Assembly (NCBI GenBank): GCA_965237575.1
Contig: CBDEGI010000004.1
Location: 2,953,746 to 3,017,745, forward strand
From: Bryobacterales bacterium
GTDB lineage: Bacteria > Acidobacteriota > Terriglobia > Bryobacterales > UBA6623
Direction: 5' to 3'
DNA length: 64,000 nt
This document shows positions 29,870-40,130 of the stretch, piece after piece. A model generated the notes under the pieces. That model saw only the letters and a program-made list of their open reading frames with translations. It had not been told where the DNA came from and ran no database searches. Numbering within the stretch: position 1 is the stretch's first letter; every line of letters starts with the position of its first letter. The translations under genes and the position numbers were made by a program.

Positions 29870-30547
29870 ATGGACCGCCCAATCAGCGACATTGCCTTTA
29901 CGCCGGCAGTGAAAGCTGCCCAGGAAGCCAGAGGCTCCCGAACCGCCTACGCCAAGATGGAGCAACGAGGGGGCTGGAACGATGTGATTACGCCAGACCT
30001 GGAGGAGTTCATCGCTGAACGTGAATCCCTCTACCTCGGCACGGCCGGCGCCGATGGCCAGCCCTACATCCAGCATCGCGGAGGCCCCAAGGGGTTTCTG
30101 AAGGTGCTCGACGAGAAGACGCTGGCGATCGCCGACTACGTCGGCAACGCGCAGTACATCTCACTGGGCAACCTGACCGAAAACGACAAAGCCTTCCTCT
30201 TCTTGATGGACTACCCCAGTCAACACCGCATCAAGATTTGGGGAACAGCGGAATTCGTCGAAAAGGATCCGGTGCTACTTGACCGGGTGACCGACCCCGA
30301 CTATCAAGCGCGGCCGCAAAGGGTTCTTGTCTTCCACGTGAAGGCCTGGGATGTCAACTGCACGCAACACATCCAGCAACGGTTCACGGTCGAGGAGATG
30401 CAGCCGATCGTACAAAAACTACGCGACAGGATCGCCGAACTCGAAACGAGGAACAAGGCGCTCGAGTCACAACGGGCGGCTGGGATCGAACCAGTGCTCA
30501 CCGGACCGGTGGAAATCTCAAGGGCTGACGCATCCAAGGCTTCTTAG
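29870..30547 (+). CDS. pyridoxamine 5'-phosphate oxidase-related FMN-binding protein
   Basis: IAFTPAVKAAQ, GQPYIQHRGGPKGFL, GNAQYISLGNL, WDVNCTQHI. Confidence 0.88.
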   Translation: MDRPISDIAFTPAVKAAQEARGSRTAYAKMEQRGGWNDVITPDLEEFIAERESLYLGTAGADGQPYIQHRGGPKGFLKVLDEKTLAIADYVGNAQYISLGNLTENDKAFLFLMDYPSQHRIKIWGTAEFVEKDPVLLDRVTDPDYQARPQRVLVFHVKAWDVNCTQHIQQRFTVEEMQPIVQKLRDRIAELETRNKALESQRAAGIEPVLTGPVEISRADASKAS

Positions 30548-30658
30548 TGACTCCTGGTGGGTGCAGAGCAAACTCGGTTAGGGGAAGACGACCACGGCGA
30601 ATTCCGGCTATACGGTCCGTCGAAGCGGCCGATGTGAGTCTTGGAAGTTCGTGCGTCC

Positions 30659-31279
30659 ATGATTTCGCCTGTATCGAGTTCCGGTGCTACATTCCTGCGG
30701 CCAACGTCGAATCAGCCAAATCCACAGGCGGGCGAGGCGGCCGGTGCGGAACCCATAGGACAAACAGCCGAACAGCCCGAAAGCGCGGCGGTGCCGAATA
30801 CCGATCCGCAGGCGGAAGGCCCCGACGGGCTCACGGCGGAAGAGCGCGCGATCATCGCCGAGCTGACGCAGACCGACCGAGCGGTTCGGGCGCACGAGCA
30901 GGCTCATCTGGCCGCCGCGGGAGGCTTAGCGCGGGGTGTCTCCTTCAGCTACACCACCGGGCCAGACGGCAAGCAGTATGCGGTCGGCGGGGAGGTCAGC
31001 ATCGATACCTCTCCGGTGTCGGGAGACCCGCAAGCGACCATCCAGAAGGCCCAGCAGGTTCGGGCGGCTGCCAGCGCACCGGCCAACCCTTCCGGCCAGG
31101 ATCGCGCCGTCGCGGCCCAGGCCGCCGCCATCGAAGCCGCCGCACGGCAGGAACTCGCCGCGCAACAGCAGGAACAACTGGAGAAACTCCAGGAACAAAA
31201 CCGGTCGTCCCAGGCCGGCGAGTTCGACTCGAAGGACTCGTCGTCGAGCATAGGAACGATCCTCTCGCTGATCGCTTGA
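30659..31279 (+). CDS. SprA-related (putative metalloprotease, HExxH) family protein
   Basis: DRAVRAHEQAH..YTTGPDGKQYAVGGEVSID..AASAPANPSGQD. Confidence 0.85.
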   Translation: MISPVSSSGATFLRPTSNQPNPQAGEAAGAEPIGQTAEQPESAAVPNTDPQAEGPDGLTAEERAIIAELTQTDRAVRAHEQAHLAAAGGLARGVSFSYTTGPDGKQYAVGGEVSIDTSPVSGDPQATIQKAQQVRAAASAPANPSGQDRAVAAQAAAIEAAARQELAAQQQEQLEKLQEQNRSSQAGEFDSKDSSSSIGTILSLIA

Positions 31280-31340
31280 AGGGAATACGGCCCGGCCTCG
31301 TCCCCGAACCATCGAACCCCCATCCAGCGTAACTCGTCGC

Positions 31341-32453
31341 CTACTTGCCGTAGAACCAGTCGATGGGGATGCGGGCGACGTGGAGGCCGTCTCGCTTGTG
31401 GAAGCTGATGACGGCGGTGCCGTCGAGAAACAAGAGGCTGGGGTAGCCGTAGTCGTCGTTGGGGTCGCCCATGATGACGCGCTCGTCGGTCCAGGTGCTG
31501 CCGTCGTCGCGGGAAATCGCCGACACGAAAGGCGTGCGGCGCCTGTCGACACCGCCGGCACAACGCAGCAGCAAAAGATCGCCGGTCGAAGGGATCCGCT
31601 TGACGTTGAGGGCGGACGAGTTGGGCGGCAGCTTCAGGTCGCGCAGGTGTTCGCCCTCGGACCACGTTACGCCCTGGTCGCTCGAGTACGAGCGAACCAC
31701 GTAGCCGCTGTAGGTACGGCAGAGCATCATCAACCGCCCGTCCTTGAGCTCAACGACGTGGGGCTCCTGCGATTCAACCGGCAGGACGTTGATCATGTTC
31801 TTGCTCATGCGCCAGCTCAACGCGTTGTCGTCGGAATAGAAGACGTAGCTGACGAAACCGCGGTGATCGCCTCCCTCTTCGGCAAGCTCGTGCTCGACGG
31901 GCGCGATGATGCGCCCCGAGGAGAGCTGCACCAGCTTGTCGTTGTGCACGAGGTGGTAGCCGGGGTAGGGCGTCATGACGAACTGTTCGCCCCAGGTGCG
32001 GCCCTCGTCGTTGGAGCGGCGGTAGTAGCTCTGCCCGTAGCGCGGCATGGAGCCGGAGATGTAGATGTACGACATCAAGATCTGTCCGCTGGGGAGGCGG
32101 AGGAAACTTGGGTGGGCGTAGTTTGCTTTCTCGCCGTCAACGGGCTTCTCGAGCAGGGTGAACTTGGGGCCCCACGTCTTCCCCTGGTCGTCTGAGTGGC
32201 GAGCGAGAATCCGGCCCTCGGGATCGTCGGAGGTGTAGGCGAGCAGCAGACGACCGTCTTTGAGCAGCTCGATGTCTCCCGGCATGCCGCGATACCCGAA
32301 CCGGCGCTTCGGCCACTTCGCTGCGTGGACGACTTCGAACGACGGTTCCGCGGCGGGCGGCTCAGCCCTTGACAGGGGAGCGGAGCCGAGGAGAAGGAGC
32401 ACGCAAACGAGCAGGAGTGACGACGCAGAGAGAAGCCATTGTCGCTTGACCAT
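31341..32453 (-). CDS. exo-alpha-sialidase / BNR-repeat secreted protein
   Basis: Five Asp-boxes (SDDQGKTW, SNDEGRTW, SDDNALSW, SSDQGVTW, SRDDGSTW), QEP, YGYP. Confidence 0.85.
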   Translation of the reverse strand: MVKRQWLLSASSLLLVCVLLLLGSAPLSRAEPPAAEPSFEVVHAAKWPKRRFGYRGMPGDIELLKDGRLLLAYTSDDPEGRILARHSDDQGKTWGPKFTLLEKPVDGEKANYAHPSFLRLPSGQILMSYIYISGSMPRYGQSYYRRSNDEGRTWGEQFVMTPYPGYHLVHNDKLVQLSSGRIIAPVEHELAEEGGDHRGFVSYVFYSDDNALSWRMSKNMINVLPVESQEPHVVELKDGRLMMLCRTYSGYVVRSYSSDQGVTWSEGEHLRDLKLPPNSSALNVKRIPSTGDLLLLRCAGGVDRRRTPFVSAISRDDGSTWTDERVIMGDPNDDYGYPSLLFLDGTAVISFHKRDGLHVARIPIDWFYGK

Positions 32454-32561
32454 GAGGTTTCCTTTCAAGGCTCGGGGTTTTCGGGCTGAGCGGAATTCAG
32501 TCAGACGCGCCGAATCGTCCGACCGCGACAAGGCAACCTGCGTGTTAGCGTACCTCCGCTA

Positions 32562-32798
32562 CTACCGGGCCGCCTGCCAATCATCGACGGCATTGAAGTT
32601 GACGATGTCGCCCTTGATTTGCACGATGCCTTTCCAACGGCCCATCATCGGCGCACGACGCTCTCGCACCGGAACAACCTTCGCCACGGGTCGGCCATGC
32701 TTGGTGATGACAAGAGCGCGGCCCTGTTCGGCCACTTCGTCGAGCATACGGAGGCACTTGGCCCTGAACTCACTGGCACTCACAGTGGATTCTTTCAT
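32562..32798 (-). CDS. Phd/YefM-family antitoxin (no adjacent toxin)
   Basis: VSASEFRAKCLRMLDEV..ITKHGRPVAKVVP. Confidence 0.88.
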   Translation of the reverse strand: MKESTVSASEFRAKCLRMLDEVAEQGRALVITKHGRPVAKVVPVRERRAPMMGRWKGIVQIKGDIVNFNAVDDWQAAR

Positions 32799-32906
32799 CT
32801 CTTCATTCTAGAAACGACTGCGCCCAGCCGCAGGCGACGTTTCAGTACCACGATGGTCTGACCGGCGATCTATTGTACGCAGAGTCGATCCTGTCGAGGT
32901 GACAAA

Positions 32907-34850
32907 TTAGCGGTCGAGTGCCGCCACGATGGCGTCGACGTCGTAGACACAGCCGCCCCAGGTGCCGCCGCTCAGCCCCTGCAGAGTCGCCCATAGGCGC
33001 GTGTCGTCAGGGAGGGCTGGGTTCGCCGAGAGGTCCTCGCGCGGCGGACGGTCGGCAAGCATCTGGGCTCCTTTCTCGGGCTGCAAGGGTTCTCCCTGGT
33101 CGCCGACGAAGTTGATGCTCCCCTCGAGCCGGTTGCGGTCGATCGTGATCTGAATGCAATCGCCTTCGCGCAGTTTGCCGATCGGTCCTCCGGCGAGCGC
33201 TTCCGGGCCGACGTGGCCGATGCAGGCTCCGGTCGAGACGCCCGAGAAACGCGCGTCGGTAATCACGGCGACCTGCTTGCCGAAGGGCAGATACTTGAGC
33301 GCCGAGGTGATCTGGTAGATCTCCTCCATACCCGAGCCCATGGGGCCCAGGCAGATCAAGACCATCACATCGCCCGCCTCGATCTGGCCTGACCGGATCG
33401 CCTCGATGGCATCGGCCTCCCGCAGGAATACGCGGGCCGGGCCGGTCTTGCGGTAAACGCCGTCGGCGTCGACCACGCTTGGGTCGATTGCCGTGCTCTT
33501 GACGACCGAGCCTTCCGGCGCGAGGTTGCCGCCACAGAACGTGATCGTGCTGGTAAGGCCCTCGGCGCGAGCCTTACCCGAGTCCATGATGACGTCGTCG
33601 GGGTCGACTCCGTCTCTCGCCTGCAAGTGCTCCCGGAAGTTCCGGCGCCGCTCGCAGCCCTCCCACCAATCGAGCACGGCGTCGAGGGGCTCGCCGGTGG
33701 CGGTGAGCACCGATGTTTCGAGCAGGCCCAAGCGCCTCAGGTGCAGCATCACTTCCGGCACGCCGCCCGCCAAGAACACGCGCACGGTGGGATGCATGCG
33801 CGGGCCGTTGGGCAGCACATCGACCAGCCGCGGTACGCGGCGATTCACTTCGGCCCATTCGTCTACGGTGGGGCGCGGCAGGTCCGCGGCGAAAGCCACG
33901 GCAGGCAGATGAAGCAGCAGGTTGGTGGAGCCGCCAAAAGCGGCATGCACGGCCATGGCATTGCGTACGGAGGCGTCGCTGAGGACGTCCTTCGTCGTGA
34001 TACCGTCGGCTTCAAGGTGCTGCACGGCGCGGGCAGAGCGTCGCGCGGCGTCCTTCCAGACCGCCTGACCCGAGGGCGCGAGCGCGGAGTGCGGCAACGA
34101 TAGCCCAAGCGCCTCGCTGACGACCTGCGCGGTGGCGGCCGTCCCCAGGAACTGGCAGCCGCCGCCGGGCGAGCCGCAGGCGCGACAGCCTAGTTCCGAC
34201 GCCTCCGCCAACGTGAGCTTGCCGTGCGAAAAGCGGGCACCGATGGTTTGAACCGCCCCGGCGTCTTCGCCGTCCGAAGCCGGCAGAGTGACACCGCCGG
34301 GAATCAGCACGGTCGGAAGATCGTGCATCGAGGCGAGGGCGATCATCATCGCCGGCAAACCTTTGTCGCAGGTTGCCACGCCGAGTACGCCTCGGCGTGT
34401 TGGCAGCGATCGGATCAGCCTGCGCAGCACTTGAGCCGCGTCGTTGCGGTAGGGCAGGCTGTCCATCATGCCCGGTGTCCCCTGTGTACGGCCGTCGCAT
34501 GGGTCACTGCAGAAGCCGGCGAAGGGGATCGCGCCCGCCGCCTTCAACTCATGGGCCGCCTCTTCCATCAATAAGCCCACTTCAAAGTGGCCGGTGTGGT
34601 AGCCGAGAGCGATCGGGCTCCCGTCGGGGGCGCGGATGCCGCCTTGGGTGCTGAGGATCAGGAATTCCTTGCCGCCCAGTGTGGCCGGGTCCCAACCCAT
34701 GCCCGCGTCCTGGGTCCAGCCAAAGATATCGCCGCTGGGCCGCCGCCGCAACATCTCGGCCGTGAGCGGAAGGGTCCCCGCCGGACCCGGCGCACGAGTT
34801 TTGAGGTCGTAGATTGATGGATCACCCGAGTCGAGAATCTCGCTGACCAT
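32907..34850 (-). CDS. YjhG/YagF-family D-xylonate dehydratase (IlvD/Edd)
   Basis: [53 protein letters not shown]. Confidence 0.9.
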   Translation of the reverse strand: MVSEILDSGDPSIYDLKTRAPGPAGTLPLTAEMLRRRPSGDIFGWTQDAGMGWDPATLGGKEFLILSTQGGIRAPDGSPIALGYHTGHFEVGLLMEEAAHELKAAGAIPFAGFCSDPCDGRTQGTPGMMDSLPYRNDAAQVLRRLIRSLPTRRGVLGVATCDKGLPAMMIALASMHDLPTVLIPGGVTLPASDGEDAGAVQTIGARFSHGKLTLAEASELGCRACGSPGGGCQFLGTAATAQVVSEALGLSLPHSALAPSGQAVWKDAARRSARAVQHLEADGITTKDVLSDASVRNAMAVHAAFGGSTNLLLHLPAVAFAADLPRPTVDEWAEVNRRVPRLVDVLPNGPRMHPTVRVFLAGGVPEVMLHLRRLGLLETSVLTATGEPLDAVLDWWEGCERRRNFREHLQARDGVDPDDVIMDSGKARAEGLTSTITFCGGNLAPEGSVVKSTAIDPSVVDADGVYRKTGPARVFLREADAIEAIRSGQIEAGDVMVLICLGPMGSGMEEIYQITSALKYLPFGKQVAVITDARFSGVSTGACIGHVGPEALAGGPIGKLREGDCIQITIDRNRLEGSINFVGDQGEPLQPEKGAQMLADRPPREDLSANPALPDDTRLWATLQGLSGGTWGGCVYDVDAIVAALDR

Positions 34851-35172
34851 GCCTACGAGTATGACGGAAGGGTTGCGGCGGCCGGGTGTGGCTGGCATTT
34901 CGTTCGTCACCGCGCTAGCTGCCCCCTGATGTCTTGAAGTGTCCAGGATGCTGCTGCTGAGGAACGGGTTTGTAGCTCGTCTGTTGTCGTCGAGACTGGT
35001 TCGTCATCTAGCGCCTACCGAGGTGCGTCGAGGGATCGTGCCGGATGCTTTGTTGGGTGCTCTTGGGGACAGTCAGCGAATCTTCGCGCACGAAGGACAG
35101 TCGGTAAGGCTGTTGGTTCCCTGGGCGTGCGAGAAACAGGATGGCCGGGCAGCGCCCGCCGGGTACGAGATA

Positions 35173-37470
35173 ATGAAGCCAGCCGTGGCCGTTCAAAACC
35201 TCTCCCATTACGAAATCCTCGAACGGATCGCCGAAGGCGGTATGGGCGTGGTGTACAAGGCCCGCGACCTCAAGCTCGATCGCGTGGTCGCGCTGAAGTT
35301 GCTCTCGCCCGCTCTGTCCGCGTCCGCGGAAGAGGTAGAGCTCCTGTTTAAGGAAGCGCGGGCGCTCTCGCGCCTGAACCATCCCAACGTAGCCACGATC
35401 TACGAGGTCGAAGACGGCGCCGACAAGCCCTTCATGGCGCTCGAATTTCTGCCCGGCGGAACGCTGCGCGGGAGGATTCGCAAGAGCCGCGACAACGGCG
35501 CGGGACTGGGCGCCAAGACCGTCATCGAATACGCCCGCCAGGTCGGCCGCGGACTCGCACACGCGCACCGGCACGGCATCATCCACCGCGACGTAAAGAC
35601 CGACAACGCGCTGCTGACCGCCGAGGGTGCCGTGAAGCTCACCGACTTCGGCGTGGCGTTGGTCGCGGGGAACAAGCCGTCTCAGCCGGGCGAGGGAACA
35701 AGCGGAACCGCGGCCTACATGTCGCCCGAGCAAGCGCAGGGACTGGCGATCGACCATCGCTCCGACATCTTCTCTTTCGGCGTCGTGCTATTCGAGCTGG
35801 CCACGGGCGAGGTGCCCTACGCCGGGCAGCCCGCCGAAGCCATGCTCTACGACATCGTCAACACGCCGCCGCCGGCGATCCGCCAGTACCGCGACGATCT
35901 GCCCGAGAGCTTCGAACGCCTCGTGCGCAAGTTGCTCGCCAAGAATCCCGCGCAGCGCTACGCAACGATGGACGACGTACTGGCCGGCCTCGAGCACGTC
36001 CGGGGTGAGTTGAGTATCGAGACGACGCGCGCCCACCGCCGGGTTCGGCCGCCCGACCCCACGATCGCGGTGCTGCCGTTCGTCGACATGAGCCCGGAGC
36101 GGGACCAGGAGTACTTCTGCGACGGCATTACCGAAGAGATCATCGTCGCGCTGACGTCCATCAAGGGGCTCAAGACCGTCTCGCGCACGTCCTCGTTCCA
36201 GTTCAAGGGCGAGGCCTACGACGTGCGCAAGGTGGGCGAGCAACTCGGCGTCGATACCCTTCTCGAAGGGAGCGTCCGCAAGCTGGGCAATCGCTTCCGC
36301 ATCACCGCGCAGCACATCAACGTCGCCGACGGCTATCACCTTTGGTCACGACGCTTCGACCGCGAGATGGAAGATGTCTTCGCAGTCCAGGATGAGATTT
36401 CACAGGCGATCGTGGAAAACCTGCGGCTCAAACTGGTCGGCGGTGAAAAGCACACCCTCGTCAAAAAGCGAACCACGGACGTCGAAGCGTACAACCAGTA
36501 TTTGCAGGGACGCTACCATCTGAACCGGCGCGGCTATGAAGACATCCTGAAGGCGATCGAGTGTTTCGAACAGTCCAATTGTGCCGACTGCGATTTCGCG
36601 TACCCGCTGGCGGGGTTGAGCGAGGCGTATCTGCTGCTCGGATTCGGCCAATATCCCTCGCCCGACCCGCAAGGAGCGCGGCAGAAAGCCAAACAGGCGG
36701 CGCTCCAGGCCGTCGGCATAGACGAGGAGTCGTGTGAAGCTCACACGGCACTGGCGCTGGTGTACCACCGCATCGATCGGAACTGGACGGGCGCCGAGAA
36801 GGAGTTCCGCCGGGCGATTGAGCTGAATGACGGGTACGCCACCGCGCATCATCAGTTCGCGATGTTTCTAGCGGCCATGACTCGGTTTGAGGAAGCTGAG
36901 AGCGAGATCCGGCGGGCTTATGAGCTTGACCCGTTGGCCCCGATCATCAGCACGGCCGTGGGCCGGATCCTGCATTTCTGCCGGCGCTACGACGAGGCGA
37001 TCGAGCAGTTCCAGCGCACGATCGAGTTGCATCCGCAGTTCTCCGGCGTCTATTTCGACCTAGGAATAAGCTACGGCCAAAAGGGTCTCAACCAGGAGGC
37101 GCTGGCGGCGTTCGAGAAACTGGGCGAGTATGGGGGAGACGAATTCACCGTACTGATCACGCTTGCGACGTCCCATATCAAGCTCGGGGATCCCGAAAAG
37201 GCACAGTCTTATCTCGATGAACTCGACCGGCATGCCGAGACCCGCCCCTTGCCGCCGTCGGCTCGGGCGATCCTCGAAATCATGCGCGGGAATGTCGATC
37301 TTGCGATGGATTGTATGGAGCAAGCCTTCGAGCAAGACGCCTCGGCGTTGGCCTACTTGCAGTGTGAACCGGTGTTTGATCCGGTCCGGACACATCCGCG
37401 GTATGCGGCGCTAGTCGCAAGAATCGGTTTCCCGCAGAGCCCGACCGCGGGGGGACAGACTTCGGCGTGA
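35173..37470 (+). CDS. Ser/Thr protein kinase with TolB-like and TPR domains
   Basis: GGMGVVYKA, VALK, HRDVK, DFG, YMSPEQ; IAVLPF..EYFCDG; TPRs. Confidence 0.93.
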   Translation: MKPAVAVQNLSHYEILERIAEGGMGVVYKARDLKLDRVVALKLLSPALSASAEEVELLFKEARALSRLNHPNVATIYEVEDGADKPFMALEFLPGGTLRGRIRKSRDNGAGLGAKTVIEYARQVGRGLAHAHRHGIIHRDVKTDNALLTAEGAVKLTDFGVALVAGNKPSQPGEGTSGTAAYMSPEQAQGLAIDHRSDIFSFGVVLFELATGEVPYAGQPAEAMLYDIVNTPPPAIRQYRDDLPESFERLVRKLLAKNPAQRYATMDDVLAGLEHVRGELSIETTRAHRRVRPPDPTIAVLPFVDMSPERDQEYFCDGITEEIIVALTSIKGLKTVSRTSSFQFKGEAYDVRKVGEQLGVDTLLEGSVRKLGNRFRITAQHINVADGYHLWSRRFDREMEDVFAVQDEISQAIVENLRLKLVGGEKHTLVKKRTTDVEAYNQYLQGRYHLNRRGYEDILKAIECFEQSNCADCDFAYPLAGLSEAYLLLGFGQYPSPDPQGARQKAKQAALQAVGIDEESCEAHTALALVYHRIDRNWTGAEKEFRRAIELNDGYATAHHQFAMFLAAMTRFEEAESEIRRAYELDPLAPIISTAVGRILHFCRRYDEAIEQFQRTIELHPQFSGVYFDLGISYGQKGLNQEALAAFEKLGEYGGDEFTVLITLATSHIKLGDPEKAQSYLDELDRHAETRPLPPSARAILEIMRGNVDLAMDCMEQAFEQDASALAYLQCEPVFDPVRTHPRYAALVARIGFPQSPTAGGQTSA

Positions 37471-37494
37471 GGCGCCTCCCGGCCGCCACTCCCC

Positions 37495-39225
37495 ATGCAC
37501 AATGAGCAGAGCAGAGCTGGGCGCGGCCGCGCCGGCCTGCTGCGCGGCGCGGACCTGCGTGGTGTGGTGCTGCGCGGTCTGGTCCCGGTGGCTCTCGGGT
37601 TGGTGATGCTGTGGCAGGTCACCGCGACGTACCCCGAGTTCAACGCCACCTACGACGAGCCCTATCACATCGCCGCGGCCCTCGAGGCCTACCAGCACGG
37701 GCGATTCGCCAGCGGCGCCGAGCAACCTCCGCTAGCGCGCTGGGCCATTGGTTGGCTGCCGCATCGGCGTGGTGTCGAGTACCGCACGGTCTTCCATCGC
37801 AGCGCCGGCTCCGGGGACCATCTTGTTCATTTTGCCCGGTCCCTGCTTGAGGAACAAGGGGAATACTGGACCACGCTCAGGCTGGCACGCGGCGGAGTGC
37901 TGCTCTTCATACCGGTACTGATCTTCTTCGTGTACCGCTGGACGGTGGATCTGTACGGAGTGCTCGCCGGGTGTGTGGCCTGCGCGCTTGTTGCGTTCTC
38001 ACCGAACCTGCTTGCCCACGCCGGGCTCGCGACGGTGGATTTCGCCCTAGCGGCCCTGCTGACGGCCGCAGCCTACACCGCTTGGCGCTGGTGCCAAGCC
38101 CCGAGTGCTCGCCGGGCCGCAGTCGCCGGATGCATTGCCGGCTTCGCTGTTGGTTCGAAGTACTCGGCACTGGCCTATCTGCCGGTTTTCTTGGCAGGCT
38201 TCTTCCTCTTGTCTCGATGGCACGGCCGGGCACATACGAACCCCGGGGGCACCGGCGCCGTTCGGGCTGGCGCATCGCAACTTCTACTCTTCAGCGCGTC
38301 CGCTTTGCTAGCGCTATGGGCTTGCTTTGGGTTCGAGGCGCGTCCGCTACGTGACCCCAGCCGCCGACCGTACACCCGGATGGATCGTGTCGTCCCACCA
38401 GGCTCGGCGTTGAGCCGGACGTTGTATTGGGTGGCGGAGGAGGTTCCGATCCCGTTGCAAGATGCCGCTACCGGCGTCTCGTGGGTCGTCGACCATGCCC
38501 GGCGGGGGCATGAGGCCTTTCTGCTGGGCGAAGTCGGCACCGGGGGATGGTGGCACTATTTCCCGGTGGTGCTCGCGGTGAAAACCCCCTTGCCGTTTCT
38601 TTTGTTGATTGCGGGTTCCGGCCTACTTCTGCTGTGGCGGAACGACAGCGCGCTTGGTTCTCTGTGCCCTTGGGTCGCGGCGGCGGGAGTCTTGCTCGTA
38701 TCGATGACTAGCTCGATCAACGTCGGGGTGCGGCATATCCTTCCGATGTATCCTCTGCTGGCAATCTCGGCCGCGAGTTGTTTTCGCCCCGGCGGGGAGC
38801 GTGCACGCCCTCCCCTTACCATGGCCCTCGGGCTTCTGCTGCTCGGATGGCATGCCGGCGAGTCGTGGGCCGCGCGCCCGGACTATCTGTCTTATTTCAA
38901 CTCTTTCGCACGAGGCAGCGAACATGAGGTCTTGGGGGATAGCAATCTCGACTGGGGGCAGGATCTACACCGCCTGAGCCTCTACGCGAAACAGCAGGGG
39001 ATCGAATCACTGGCACTGCGATACTTCGGGACCACATCGCCCGAGATCCTGGGCCTGAAGCAGACGACGAAATTCGGCCCGCAAGACCGCCCCCGCGGCT
39101 GGGTGGCGAGCAGCGTTACTCATGTCCAGGGGATCTACGAGCCGAAGTCTGCCTGGCTGGAGGGCCGCGAGCCCCGCGTCAAGATCGGCAAGTCGATCTG
39201 GCTGTACTACATTGGCGGCGACTGA
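37495..39225 (+). CDS. GT-C membrane glycosyltransferase (ArnT/PMT, GT39/83-like)
   Basis: TYDEPYH, PPLA, SPNLLAH, GVRHILP, DSNLDWGQDL; many TM segments. Confidence 0.85.
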   Translation: MHNEQSRAGRGRAGLLRGADLRGVVLRGLVPVALGLVMLWQVTATYPEFNATYDEPYHIAAALEAYQHGRFASGAEQPPLARWAIGWLPHRRGVEYRTVFHRSAGSGDHLVHFARSLLEEQGEYWTTLRLARGGVLLFIPVLIFFVYRWTVDLYGVLAGCVACALVAFSPNLLAHAGLATVDFALAALLTAAAYTAWRWCQAPSARRAAVAGCIAGFAVGSKYSALAYLPVFLAGFFLLSRWHGRAHTNPGGTGAVRAGASQLLLFSASALLALWACFGFEARPLRDPSRRPYTRMDRVVPPGSALSRTLYWVAEEVPIPLQDAATGVSWVVDHARRGHEAFLLGEVGTGGWWHYFPVVLAVKTPLPFLLLIAGSGLLLLWRNDSALGSLCPWVAAAGVLLVSMTSSINVGVRHILPMYPLLAISAASCFRPGGERARPPLTMALGLLLLGWHAGESWAARPDYLSYFNSFARGSEHEVLGDSNLDWGQDLHRLSLYAKQQGIESLALRYFGTTSPEILGLKQTTKFGPQDRPRGWVASSVTHVQGIYEPKSAWLEGREPRVKIGKSIWLYYIGGD

Positions 39226-39267
39226 CTTGTCGGCGGGCTTGGGTCTGGAAGAGTTTCCCGCTACTTT

Positions 39268-39837
39268 GTGAACGATTCCAAAAACACCGGAGGTCTTTCG
39301 CCATGGGGCCGGTGGGGCGAGGTGTGTTTGGTGTCGGCGCTTGGTCTGTTGATGGTGTTCCGGGTTGTGGACACCTACAGCGAGTTCAATGCCACCTACG
39401 ACGAGGGCTACCACATCGCAGAAGGCCTGCGGCCTATCAGGACGGTAACTTTGCGATCGGTTCGGAGCAGGCTCCTCTCGCGCATTGGGCCACCGCCCTC
39501 ATTACCTGGCGTACTTCAACTCTTTCGCGAAAGGCCGGGAACACGAGGTGCTAGGCGACAGCAATCTGGACTGGGGCCAGGACCTGCATCGCCTGGCCCG
39601 CTAGTGGAGAGCCACGGCATCGACAAGCTGCATCTCGACTACTTTGGCGCTACCTCGCCGGGCGCCGTCGGCTTGGGCCATGCCAAGCTGTTCGGCCCGC
39701 AAGATCGACCCCGTGGCTGGGTGGCGATTAGCGTCACTCACCTGCAAGGAATCTACCAGCTGGCGTCGGCCTGGCTGGAGGGCCACGAGCCCCGCGCCAA
39801 GATCGGCAAGTCGATCTGGCTGTTTTGCCTGGCCTAG
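39268..39837 (+). pseudogene. internally deleted tandem paralogue of the GT-C glycosyltransferase
   Basis: YSEFNATYDEGYH 5' part joined to DSNLDWGQDL..KIGKSIWL 3' part; about 1.1 kb missing; frameshifts. Confidence 0.85.
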
Positions 39838-39902
39838 GAGCCCGGCGGACTAAAAGCCTCCGGGACTCAGGATCGAGACTCGGTCGCGACGGGCTACAAT
39901 AG

Positions 39903-40130
39903 TTGACAGCAGTAACACACCTACTGGAAAAGGCGTTCAAGGCCGCTGCGGACCTGCCCGACAAGGATCAACATGCGTTGGGATCGCGGGTGTTGCAGGA
40001 GATTGCCGGGGGAAAAGAGTGGGACGCTGCCCTTGCGAAGAAGCGGACGGCGCTTCGGAGCCTCGCTCACGAAGCCCGGGCGGACATCCAGGCGGGCCGG
40101 GTCCGAGAACTCATTCCTGACGACCTATGA
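39903..40130 (+). CDS. putative type II antitoxin
   Basis: LLEKAF..LPDKDQ..EWDAAL..LAHEARADIQAGR; stop overlaps the toxin start (ATGA). Confidence 0.75.
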   Translation: MTAVTHLLEKAFKAAADLPDKDQHALGSRVLQEIAGGKEWDAALAKKRTALRSLAHEARADIQAGRVRELIPDDL

